From Yuukianura sp. NJ FZ-2021 (lineage: Eukaryota), in assembly GCA_046563655.1 (NCBI GenBank), contig CM102283.1, forward strand, positions 10,043,868 to 10,063,867: 20,000 bases of DNA, written 5' to 3'. A program made the position numbers and the translations under genes. Positions 10,001 through 20,000 of the stretch are shown here, one piece after another. The notes beneath the pieces were generated by a model, which saw only the letters and a list, made by a program, of their open reading frames with translations, made no database searches and was not told the origin of the DNA. The first letter of the stretch is position 1. The number at the start of each line of letters is the position of its first letter.

Positions 10001-11207
10001 ATGGCGCCCATCACGTCGTTCGTTGACTACCTGCAGCGATTGATGGATCAAGACAGCGACCGATTGAGTAGGCAGTGGATTACGAACAATCGTAGGAAGA
10101 ACACGGCAGGTGTATGGATGGTGTTCCAAATTCTGCTACTGGATGGTGAAGAGACTGGTTACATAATTTGTAGCCAGTGTAATCGCCTGCATCGACGTAA
10201 AGACGGGGTTGAGATATTGACGGAACACAAGTGTGTGCAAGAGGCTCTTCTTGCTGCTTCCCAGAATACTACGAAGCTCCTTGAAAAGACGCTACTGGAG
10301 GGAACAATTCAGATATTGGACACGACGAATCAGTCCCTTCCAGTTCAGGCCGACTTCCGAGCACTGGAAGATGAATTGAAGAAGGCGATGGAAGAAGTCA
10401 ACAAAAGTCGAGCCAGAGAAGACAAACTCAAGGATGAATTGGAAATTTTGGAAGCAGTACAGCACAGCATGGTGCAAGAGATTACTCAACTGAAAGTTGA
10501 AAACACAACACTGAAAGAGAGAATCGAAGCCATGGAAGCTAAGGAGCTGCAAAATGCAATGGTGTCACAGTCGAAGAACCATCAGGAGGTGTCGACACAG
10601 ACACAGTCAGATCCAATTGAAGGCCCAGAACTGTTCACGAACGCTTTTCCTAACCCGAACAATGTAACCAAGCAGCCGTTGACGGTATGTTCGAAATTTA
10701 ACAACTTTAACTTCTAGAATTACGAAAATTGAAAAAAAAATGGAATTTAGAAACGAAAAAGTTAAAACTGATTTTGACGTTGATGAATTTTTGTGTTTAG
10801 GGCCGAACTGGAAATAATCTGGCTTCTGTCGTGGGCAATACTAGTCGAGCTCCAACCGCTCTCAGTGTCAACGCAACCGCTCCAAACTCGCAGCTCAACA
10901 ATCTGACAAAGGAAACAGTTACGGTATGTTCGAAATTCAACAACTTTAACTTCTAGAATTACGAAAATTGAAAAAAAAATGGAATTCAGAAACGAAAACG
11001 TTAAAACTGATTTTGACGTTGATGAATTTTTGTGTTTAGGGCCGAACTGGAAATAATCTGGCGTCTGTCGTGGGCAATACTAGTCGAGCTCCATTGTCTC
11101 CGTCCACAAACAATGTCAACCGTGGCATACAGCGCCAACCAAGCACTCGGGCACCACAAACCAAGGCTCCTCCAAAGTATTTGCTCCCTAGACTTCTAAA
11201 GAAATGA
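10001..11207 (+). CDS. BED-type zinc finger + coiled-coil protein, 3 exons, 324 aa
   Basis: Exons 10001-10684, 10801-10923 and 11040-11207, both introns phase 0. N-terminal VWMVF..DGEETGYIICSQC..G..ILTEHKC fits the BED pattern (W..F, CxxC, HxC). It is followed by a heptad-rich Glu/Lys/Leu helix and VSTQTQ. Confidence 0.75.
10682..11093 (+). repeat. Intragenic tandem duplication, period 239 bp (116-nt intron plus exon 5' part)
   Basis: Introns 10685-10800 and 10924-11039 are both 116 nt and differ at about 3 positions. Both following exons start GRTGNNLASVVGNTSRAP. Confidence 0.95.
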
Positions 11208-11221
11208 GATTGGGACGTTTT

Positions 11222-11337
11222 TAATAAGTCGTAACTAATAAGCCGTAACTGATAAGTCGTAACTAATAAGTCGTAACTAATAAGTCGTAACTAATAAGTC
11301 GTAACTAATAAGTCGTAACTAATAAGTCGTACTAATA
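11222..11337. repeat. 14-bp minisatellite (TAATAAGTCGTAAC), about 8 copies
   Basis: Read directly. Two units carry single substitutions and the last has a 1-bp deletion. Confidence 0.97.
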
Positions 11338-11680
11338 GCAAGTATGCTGCATTAATGTTTGTACAGAATCATTTTCCGATTCTGATGGGATCTACACTGG
11401 TCTTGACTTTTCCCCCGCCATTTTGATATTCTGTTCACCTCTGAATCCTACATGAATGACTACATTTACCTTGCATTTGCTAACAATTAATTACTCATTG
11501 GATTTTTTCCGTCCTTCAAGGAAAAGAAACTGATTCGACTTTTATAATTTTTTGATTCCGTACGTAATTTGAACAATGACTTAACTCAAGTTGAAAATAA
11601 ATCACTCGTGACATTGGAGTGGCGTTGTAAGGAGAAGTGATAAAACACTTCTAAAATTTTTATTATTGAATTGATAGAAG

Positions 11681-13275
11681 ATGGATTTGTCGGCGGCTTT
11701 GACTAGAGAAGGAATTGGTGCGGAATTGGGATTAGGAGTTGCTGCCACCGCTGCACTTTTGACCAAAACACAGCCACCTCAGGTAGTGCCCAATTGTATT
11801 GACAAGTATTGAATGTGTTGAATACTGGATCAGCTGTTTTGTTTTGTGTCACTTAGGTATGTCAGCTACCGTCGGAAAATGTGTCCTCAACGCTTCAAAT
11901 GGATTCATTGGCTCAGGAGATTCAATCCTTGGACCAAGGGCAACTGGAACAATCGTGGACACAGGAATTTACATCTGCACAGGACAATCAAGCAGCACAG
12001 GTTAGTTCAATTCCCAATTGGAACTTCCAGGGTCCTCTAAAAAGTAATTTCGGTTTAGAGGCATGGAGTCGAGACGTGGACCAGGCATAGACAGAATCAG
12101 TTGGACAACAATGGACAGAGGAGTTGGAGCCAAGGAGATTGACAATGGAATTGCCTAGTGCTCCTGGTCCACAGTGGAGAAGGAATTGAGTGGCCAGGAA
12201 TCCCAGTTGGCTAGTCGATGGGCCAACGAATTCCAGTTTCAATTTAGTCCTGGAACGAGTAACTGGGTCCAGGAATTCACTATGCAAAATGAGCAGGAAC
12301 AGTTTCTGCACAAACTGCAAAGTGAATGGGATCAACAACTGGAAGAAACACACTCCTGGCTAACAACGACAAATCCAGCATTGAACCAGGCAACTACTCA
12401 ATCCATCACTAATCACACCAACTAAGTACTTCTCTTGCTTCTTAATTTTACTTCTTTTGAATTGTAGGAATACAAGTTTAGTGGAGAGAATGGATTTATG
12501 TCAAGTAAGGAGCCACTGGCTGAAGGGAGAGCCCTGTTGGAGCAAGGGAACCTTCCGAGTGCAGTTGTTGCCTTTGAAGCGGCTGTCCAGCGGAATCCAG
12601 AGGACTTGGAAGGTTGGGTGGAGCTGGGGAAGACACAGGCACAGAACGAACAAGACCCCAACGCCATTCCAGCCCTCAACCACGCACTCAGCATTCAGCA
12701 CAACAATTTAGCACCTCTCCTGGCCCTCGCCGCTTCTCTCACCAATGAAGCCTTCCAGCTCCAGGCAGCACACACACTCAAGGGAATACAAATCAAAATA
12801 TAGTAACTATGAGTGAATTCAAATGTTAACATTGTTTGTTTGCAGAATTGGCTAATTGGAAACCCCAAATACTCTCACCTCCTCCCTTCATCTGGATCCC
12901 AACCAACGGACTCCAGGATTTCCAGTGTCGTCTCCAAGTAAGCAACAACAATTTCACTCTCAAATGGATTTACTTAAGAATTTCCTTTAACTTAGAGAGG
13001 AGTTAAGGGCTATCCAAGAATCCTTCCTTGAAGCTGCTCGTCTCAACCCCAATCTGGATCTGGATCCAGACGTACAGTGTGGCCTTGGGATTTTGTTTAA
13101 CCTTGGAACCGACTACGAAAAGGCTCCTGTTTTTGAGCTGCTCTCAGCCTCCGCCCAAATGTAAGGAAAAACAACGTTTAATCCTAGTCACAAAATGTAT
13201 ATTCCAATGTACAATATTTTGTTGTAGGATTCTCTGCTGTGGAATCGGTTGGGCGCTACGCTGGCGAATGGTGGT
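11681..13275 (+). pseudogene. PEX5: Peroxisomal targeting signal 1 receptor PEX5, disrupted and 3'-truncated
   Basis: WxxxF/L repeats (WTQEF, WTEEL, WANEF, WVQEF) and TPRs: [65 protein letters not shown]. Lesions: TAG 12088-12090, frameshift near 12177, GG instead of GT donor at 12783, small deletion near 13126, TGA 13134-13136. The last TPRs are absent and the 5' end is uncertain. Confidence 0.9.
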
Positions 13276-14171
13276 CTGAGAGCCCTCCATGTGACGCTTC
13301 ATCCAATGCAAAACGCCAAGTTGAGAACTCTGTCCTTGGAAAAGCCCTGGAACTCTACCCCTCCAGCCCCCCTCTCCTCCTCCTCTACATGAATGTCGAA
13401 GTACTTTAACTTTTTAACTTTGGTTAGGTTCAGTTGACTCATTTTGTTTGTTTTTGCAGAGTGAGTGCAGTGTGGTGGGGAAACTGTGGCGGTCCCCCGT
13501 CAAGACAGTCAAGGAACGGAATGCGAGTGACTTTTGCACTCTGGATTGGACTCCCGTCTTCATGGCCTACACTTTGTCCAGACAAATGGAGGAGATTGAG
13601 GAGGAGTCGGCAGTAGCCCTGCATGAATTTGGAATTGGTAAGGATGGGAATGTTTTTGGAAGGAATGTTCAAGTACTCATTGGTTTTTGTTGCAGGGGGA
13701 CCAGCAGTGCCTCCGGATACAATTTTCTACAAAGTGGATGGGATTCTGAGTGGTGCTGAGAAGAATGTGTTGAGTGGTCACTGCCCCTTGATCTGGAGAC
13801 TTCATCTCAAGCATTTGGCGATGAGGGCGAAGGAGGGGAAGGACAGGAGGAGAGCAGAGGGACTTTTGTATGAAGCCATTCGACAGTGTCCCACGAGCAA
13901 GTGTCTGTACTTGGATGGAATCCTGTACTTTCCTCATCTCATGCACCAAGTGCTGGACCTCATGAGTCAAAATGAACTGCTCATCCGAATGCCACTCGAG
14001 GAACTCCATCTCCTCTCAAAGTTCAAGGGGAAGGAGGATGAGGAAGTGGCCGTTGTGGACACTTTGAAGTCCAAATCCAAGGGAAGGAAAAACCTCAAGA
14101 AAAAGAAGAAGGGAGTGACGAAAAGAGGGAGCGAAGAGGATCTCGTTCCAGTAGAAATAGTTAGTGACTAA
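13276..14171 (+). pseudogene. NRDE2: 3' fragment of nuclear RNAi/exosome regulator NRDE2
   Basis: LGKALELYP.., GHCPLIWRLHL, GLLYEAIRQCPTSKCLYLDGILYFP and QVLDLMSQNELLIRMPLEEL match the NRDE2 C-terminus. Two introns (13401-13459, 13638-13695) are retained. There is a frameshift near 13330 and most of the gene is missing. Confidence 0.85.
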
Positions 14172-14487
14172 CAAATTCGTATGTAATCCACATTACTACT
14201 ACTTTTCGGTAGCCTAGGAAACTAAATTGTACTTTTATCTTATTAATTCCAAAGCATAAATGGATAAAGGTTAGGATAACCCACAATCAATTAGTCAACA
14301 GCATTACTTCACCTAAATATGAAATACGGTAGTATTTACCTTAAAAGTAAAACTATACCTTATGCTAGCTCAGTTATAAATCATGGCAAGGTATTTAGTT
14401 GTGTAATTATGCTAAAAGCAATTAGTTGCGTAATTAAGATTAAATTGCGAATTACTTATTGCGCGATGAGTAACTAATTACTGTGAA

Positions 14488-15634
14488 TCACTCGTAGTGG
14501 TTGAGTTCACCAGCGATGTGTTCGTTGTCCTTGATCTTCCTCATGACTTTCTTCTTGGCTGGTTTTCAGAGTTTGGGATTTGATTTCTTGTTCCCTCGAC
14601 CCTCCATGAACTGAATTCCCTGTTTCTCCAAGTACTATTCCATTTTGATGTCGTCCATCCCATCAACTGCCAAACCGCGTTATAACTTCTGAAATTCCTC
14701 GTCCACCACCCGACGAGCAGTCTTGTCCTGGAAAAACAACACTTTCTTCTTGTCCTGTCTTGTGATTGTGATTATCTCAGAATCCAGTGCCTCAAAACAC
14801 GAAATTCAATTACTTTAGAATTTTATTTAAATTACGACTACTTAAATTTTCATTTTAGTAAGAGTGGACTCACTTTTAGAACTCGTTCTGCATGGGGCAC
14901 AGATTCCAGTACAGCTTCACGGAAAATTCCACTGAGGCCCTTCATGTCTTGCAGTCTGAGGAGTCTAAGCAGCGACTTCTTATCCCGACATCGCAGTGGC
15001 GGCTGGGAAATGTACTTGTCCTCTTCAGTTCGCTCGATCTTCGAATTATTCGGAAAGGCTTCCTGGATAAGCCACTAAGAGAATCACAAGTTTTAGAAAC
15101 TTCAAAAGCAAAGTACCGTCTGGATGCTACAGGTCAACTTACGGCTTTAACTTGTTGCTCACATCCAGCTGATTGGTTTCATCCAGGATTTTGTCTACTG
15201 ACAACGGAGAGTCCTCCCCTTCTTGGAACTTTCCTCTCAGATCCTTCAAAATCTTGGTCAAAATCCCAAACTTGTAGGCAGAATTGGGTCCACTCCAACT
15301 TTTAAAAGTGGGCGGAGGAGCAGAGCTAAAAACAGAAATCAATCAATTAACTAGTGAAACAACTGACTTAATCTTATGATGCACACTTCACTTACCCTGG
15401 TTTAGTTGCAATTGACCTCCTCTTCTCCTCTGGTATCTGGTTCATCCCTTCGTACCCTATTCTCCACCCTGTAAAAACAGAACCAATTAATTAACACTAT
15501 CTAAACTAAACGATTACTCTAATTCTAATCGTCCATTACTCTTATCTTCAATTACTCTAATGATTTGCTTACGTGGGTGTTTCCTTGGCTCTCTTGAGGA
15601 ACCGTTCTCTTTCTCGTCTCAGCTCTGGATCCAT
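14488..15634 (-). pseudogene. GTF2E2: General transcription factor TFIIE beta subunit, disrupted, 5 exons
   Basis: MDPELRRERERFLKRAKETP, YKFGILTKI, ILDETNQLD, RDKKSLLRLL, DKKKVLFFQDK, VDEEFQKL*R, NEHIAGEL. In-frame stops at 14680-14682 (TAA at a conserved Trp), 14635-14637 and 14566-14568. Frameshifts near 15437 and 15144. Confidence 0.93.
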
Positions 15635-15739
15635 AATTATCACTTGTGCAATACTACAAGTTAATTATTAATTAACTTTAAACGATCACTCTCACTCTTC
15701 AAGTTTAGAATGAACTCTGCTTCACTAACTTCCACTTCT

Positions 15740-15908
15740 TATTTTGTTTTGATTTTGACTTTTGTTTTTTGAAAAGAGTTGGCGCACTTTGTGTCAAGTT
15801 CAAAGTTGAGCAATGTCTAATGCTGAGATAACCATGTCAGCAGCTTCTGTTATTCTCCGAGGATTAGCTCTTCAGACGAAAGGACAAAACCAAAAGTTGT
15901 CGGAGCAG
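15740..15908 (+). repeat. Inverted repeat, left arm (partner 16962-17138)
   Basis: 15740-15780 is the exact reverse complement of 17098-17138. Colinear similarity with scattered mismatches continues to about 15908. Confidence 0.95.
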
Positions 15909-16961
15909 GACTCTTTGTGTTTTGGTTTTCTGTGCACAGAATGGACTGCGCGTGTTTCATCCTCGCTTGACAGTACAAAAATACTCAGGGCCGTGTGCTA
16001 CTAAGTTACGGCCCATCTTCCGAATAATTATTAATAAAGAATAATTATTATTATTATTAACATCATTCACTGTTAAGGACTTCAAATTACAGTTAAGCAA
16101 AATGAAATAATTACTACTAGTGTATTTCATGTCCCTTAACCACAAAAAAAAACTAATTCCAAGACAACTTCCATTTTTGCGTTTCAGCTATGGTTAAACA
16201 GTGGATTTTCTAATTTAAACCAAAACTACAAAGAAACTTTGTGAAAATAATGCAAAAACAGTAAAATTTGAAATGATGTTTAACTTTTAATTTGTTTGAA
16301 CAAGCGAAAATGGATTTCGAATAACTTTTGTTTGTGGAATTGAAAAAACGGAAACAGAAAAAAAGTGGAGTGAACTCCTGCACACTCTTCCTGTTCTCAG
16401 CAACTTTCTATGCTTTTCACACATAAAAAATTCACCTAACTTTTTCTGGCCAAGTGAAGTGATGATAGAAAATCATCATGAATGACTTTACACAAGAAAG
16501 TTCTGACCACTGTCGTTTTTCTTTCTTCACAAGAAACTTTCATACAAAAAGTACAAAGAAAGTTAGAGAAATCTAAGGATGTAGGAAAAGTGAAATTGGA
16601 AAGCTTGTTGTACTTTTATTTAGATTTGAGAAGCGAAACTGCATGGAGAAAAATTGAGTTTGGTGTACAAAAACAAAAATAAAATTGAAGTTGAGTCAAG
16701 TCCAATAGATTCGGCCGGTCCTGCGGAACTTTCTCTGTTTTTCTCCATAAAATGTTTGATTTTTGGGGGGTTTGGAGTTGGGATGGTCCCTGCATGCATT
16801 TTTTCCATTGCCACCTCACGCCCTTCACCACCCCCAACTCCAAAAGAGTAACACTGCTACTCCTTTCGGCTTCATATAAAAGGGAAGCTCCACAAATTCT
16901 CTACTGCTCTGAACTATTTATGGGAATCTCATCCTGGGTGCGGACCGAGAGAGCGAACAAG

Positions 16962-17138
16962 CTGCTTTTACAACTTTTGTTTTTGTCTTGGATTGCGCAA
17001 GTCAGGTGGAAGTAATCCTCGGAGAGCAACAGAAGCTGCTGACAGCTTATCTTAGCATTAGACACTGCGGAACTTTACACTTGAGACAAAGTGCGGGAAC
17101 TCTTTTCAAAAAACAAAAGTCAAAATCAAAACAAAATA
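16962..17138 (-). repeat. Inverted repeat, right arm (partner 15740-15908)
   Basis: Reverse complement reads TATTTTGTTTTGATTTTGACTTTTGTTTTTTGAAAAGAGTTCCCGCACTTTGTCTCAAGT..GTCTAATGCTAAGATAAGCTGTCAGCAGCTTCTGTTGCTCTCCGAGGATTA..GACAAAAACAAAAGTTGT, matching the left arm. Confidence 0.95.
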
Positions 17139-17231
17139 GAAATTAGAAGTTTAACTTCAATTTAAAGTTAAGCCTGATTGATTAAAGTTAATCATTGACT
17201 AATTCCTCAATTAAGTTTTAGTTTTTAGAAG

Positions 17232-19827
17232 ATGTCTGACAAGGAAACGAGTAGTACGGAGAACCCGAAGAGACAGCGGTTAGAAGACGACCAGTCCGAA
17301 GCAACAATCACCGCAGAAGGTCAAGTGACTGATGAAAATGTGAGTAAAGGTCAAGAGTCTTCAGACGATGAGTTCATTGGACCTCAGCCAGTCACTGAAC
17401 AGGATCCACACAAATCGGAAAAAGTCAAGCGGAAGAAAGGTCAGTCAAACAATGATAACATTTCAAAACAAATCCTAAGTGTCCGATTTTATTTTCAGTT
17501 CTTGCCTATGATAAGTTATACCTCGATAACCTTCCAGCTTCCAGATGCAGACTACTACGAAAAGAGTTTTATGCATCGAGAGCCATTGTCTCACATAGCA
17601 GTTACATAGCAAGTCAAACACATCTCAATCCCAAGTCATTCAAGGTTCAATTTTTATTAATAATTTGTGGTTTTTTTCAGAACTGACTTCCTCATTACTG
17701 CCAGTTGTGATGGTCACATCAAGTTCTGGAAAAAACAGGAATTGGGAGTACAGTTTGTCAAACACTTTTGACCTCACTTAGGAAATATCCAAGACATTTC
17801 AGTCAAGTCTACCGGGACTCAGCCTCAATTCCCAATGACAAAAGCCTCAAGGTCTTCGATGTTGTCAACTTCGGTAAGTTTCACTTTTACAACTTAGATT
17901 TCATGAAATTACTAGCATGCTAATGAAAGGTTTGTTTTGTAGATATGATCAACACGTTCAAATTGGACTTTGTACCGCAAGCATGCGAATGGATCCATCG
18001 TTCTGGAGATGCAGTTGTGCTCTGGCAGTGTATGATTTAAAGTCATTGATTTTATTACAAATTACTAGCTAATTCAATTAATACTAACCTAATTAATTAA
18101 TTTCAAATGTTTCTAACCCTGTTCTAGGTCTAATGCTGACTCCAATCTGATTTACATTTTTGACGGACACGGAGGGAAGGAACCTCTGCGCATTCAGGAT
18201 AAAATCCATAGTCTACCAGTGACTATCATCAAGTACGCTCCAAAGTTAGACGCCGTCAACTCCGGAGATGTCCAGGGAATGGTTGAGTACTGGACATGAT
18301 CCAAGACAGAATTTGCATTCCCAGCCAACCTTCACTTACGTTCCAAACTGGACACGGACTTGTTTGAATTTGTCTCCAACAAGTTGAAAGTCTGTTGCTT
18401 GGCAATTTCACCAAACGAAAAGTACTTTGCTACTCTCCTGATCGAAGAGTAAGTATCTAAATCCCTATCTTAATTATCTTATCGTAGACTTATCCTAATT
18501 ATCTTGTTATCTTAGACTTAACTTTGTGATTATCTCTCCAGGTCTGTCTGTTCCACCTTCTGACTGGGAAGTTAGTTCGAGTATTTGACGAAGACTTGCC
18601 GCAGATTCTTGAGCATCAAGCCAAGGCTCAGCTGATCCCGAACATGGAATTCGGAAGACGCATGGCTGTGGAACGGGATTCAGAAAACAACAACGTTTTA
18701 AAAGAGACGAACATGCTGTTTGCCGACAGTTCCAACTTCCTCCTCTACCCCACCGTCCTTGGCATCAAAGTGGTCAACATCGTCACCAACAAGTTGGAAC
18801 GTCTCATTGGGAACTCAGAAAACCTTCGATTCCTGCGTCTCGCTCTCTTTCAAGGGAAACCCAAGAAGAACCTTGGAGTTCCCACACTGGAGATGGAGTT
18901 CAAAATCCAGCACTGGGCTCTGTTCTTCCAGACCCAACTCTTTTCTGCACAGCCTACAAGAAGAATCGCTTCTATCTCTTCTCGAGATGGAAGCATGAGT
19001 GAACAAGGATGTGTTCAACGAAAAACCAACCAAAGAAGATATCATCTCTGCCACAGACACAGCTGGTAAGATAACATGAAGTGGACAAAGCATTTATCTC
19101 AGCTTATCCTAACTTTATCTCAGGTTTATCCTAACCTTATCTTTCTTTTTGAAGCTACTAAGAAGATTTTCGAGACTGCTGTGATGCACACGACGAAGGG
19201 TGACATTCATATCAAGCTGTTCGTGAAGGAGTGTCCCAAATCAGCTGAGAATTTTTGTGTGCATAGGTTAGACCTAACCTGCATGCGAAGAATGGGTACT
19301 ACAATGGGAACATCTTCGATCACGTCATCAACTCTAATTCATGATCCAAACAGGAGACCCTTCAGGTTCTAACTAAAAACTAAAACTAAAGTTACTGAAA
19401 CGGAATTTGACCTGTGACCTTGAACTTTTGTTTGTCGTAGGAATTGGAACTGGTGGTGGAGAGAGTATTTGGGGAGGGGAGTTCGAAGACGAGTTTCATC
19501 CAAGTTTAAGACATGATCGACCGTACACGCTGAGCATGGCCAATGCCGGTCCAAACACAAATGGATCCCAGTTCTTCATCAACATCACACCCACCGTAAA
19601 GTTATACACATCCACTTTTTTCAATTTTTCCATTTTAAACAAGCGAAGGTGACTGATTGGTTGTTTATTTTTGGCTTAGCTTTGGCTGGACAACAAGCAC
19701 ACTATCTTTGGCAGAGTGACACGCGGAATGGAGACTGTCCAGTCCATCTCCCTCGTAAGACTAACTCCAAGACAGACAAGCCCTGCGAGGCGACGACGTC
19801 TCCATCATCAACATCTCTCTCAAATAA
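17232..19827 (+). pseudogene. PPWD1: WD40-repeat cyclophilin PPWD1, full length but multiply disrupted
   Basis: [131 protein letters not shown]. Lesions: 7-bp duplication 17531-17544, stops at about 17607, 17769-17771 and 18297-18299, several small deletions, and a 20-bp insertion at 19265. Confidence 0.95.
19261..19284. other. 16-bp palindromic insertion flanked by a GCAT duplication inside a PPWD1 exon
   Basis: GCAT-AGGTTAG-AC-CTAACCT-GCAT. Removing 20 nt restores [12 protein letters not shown]. Confidence 0.85.
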
Positions 19828-20000
19828 AATGTCCAGTATTTTACACAAACTTTATTTCTGAACATCCTCATCAAAAAACGAAACACAAGAGATATGAATT
19901 AATTAATCGTTGTAGAATGGAGTGAGGTACAAAAAGTAACTAAATTAGCGTTGACGCTAAAAAGTTGATGAGTTTTGAGACACTTCCGACACCGATTTAG

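Noticed and set aside
10001-11207. Autonomous hAT transposon
   Set aside because: No DDE/RNase H or hAT dimerisation domain, and no TIRs or 8-bp TSD found.
11222-11337. CRISPR array
   Set aside because: Contiguous 14-bp units with no spacers, in a eukaryotic context with no cas genes.
15813-17015. Short ORFs (62-87 aa) inside the inverted repeat as a transposase or gene
   Set aside because: Short, AT-rich and motif-less, and I could not build a spliced model.
14488-19827. Stop-codon reassignment, readthrough or RNA editing as the explanation for in-frame stops
   Set aside because: TAA, TAG and TGA all occur, at different amino acids (W, E, R, G, K positions), alongside multi-base indels. 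Neighbouring genes use the standard code.
11681-19827. Long-read homopolymer errors as the sole cause of disruption
   Set aside because: A few 1-bp deletions could be errors. Nonsense substitutions, a 7-bp duplication, a TSD-flanked insertion, a gene-fusing deletion and the clean SPT6 next door argue for real decay. Raw reads are still needed.
11681-19827. Processed (retro-) pseudogenes
   Set aside because: All four retain introns and lack poly(A) tails.

Overview
Gene-dense eukaryotic DNA with short spliceosomal introns (mostly about 45-120 nt). It is probably a compact invertebrate genome, possibly arthropod (inference). The left 11.3 kb holds three genes that look intact: a complete but diverged 17-exon SPT6 (minus strand) with an unusual N-terminus carrying PLDLR and IIDVVTID motifs; a head-to-head single-pass membrane protein with a Cys cluster and 17 YxxPhi motifs, one pair ITAM-spaced (transmembrane-adaptor-like); and a BED-zinc-finger/coiled-coil/TQT protein with a recently duplicated intron-exon unit. 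After a 14-bp minisatellite, every recognisable gene is an intron-retaining pseudogene of a normally single-copy housekeeping gene: PEX5 (truncated and joined directly to the 3' end of NRDE2), NRDE2, GTF2E2 (TFIIE-beta) and PPWD1. The divergent GTF2E2 and PPWD1 starts are each preceded by one arm of a ~170-bp inverted repeat with a 41-bp perfect core. Exon boundaries were read by hand and may be off by a few bases. Family assignments come from remembered motifs, not database searches.
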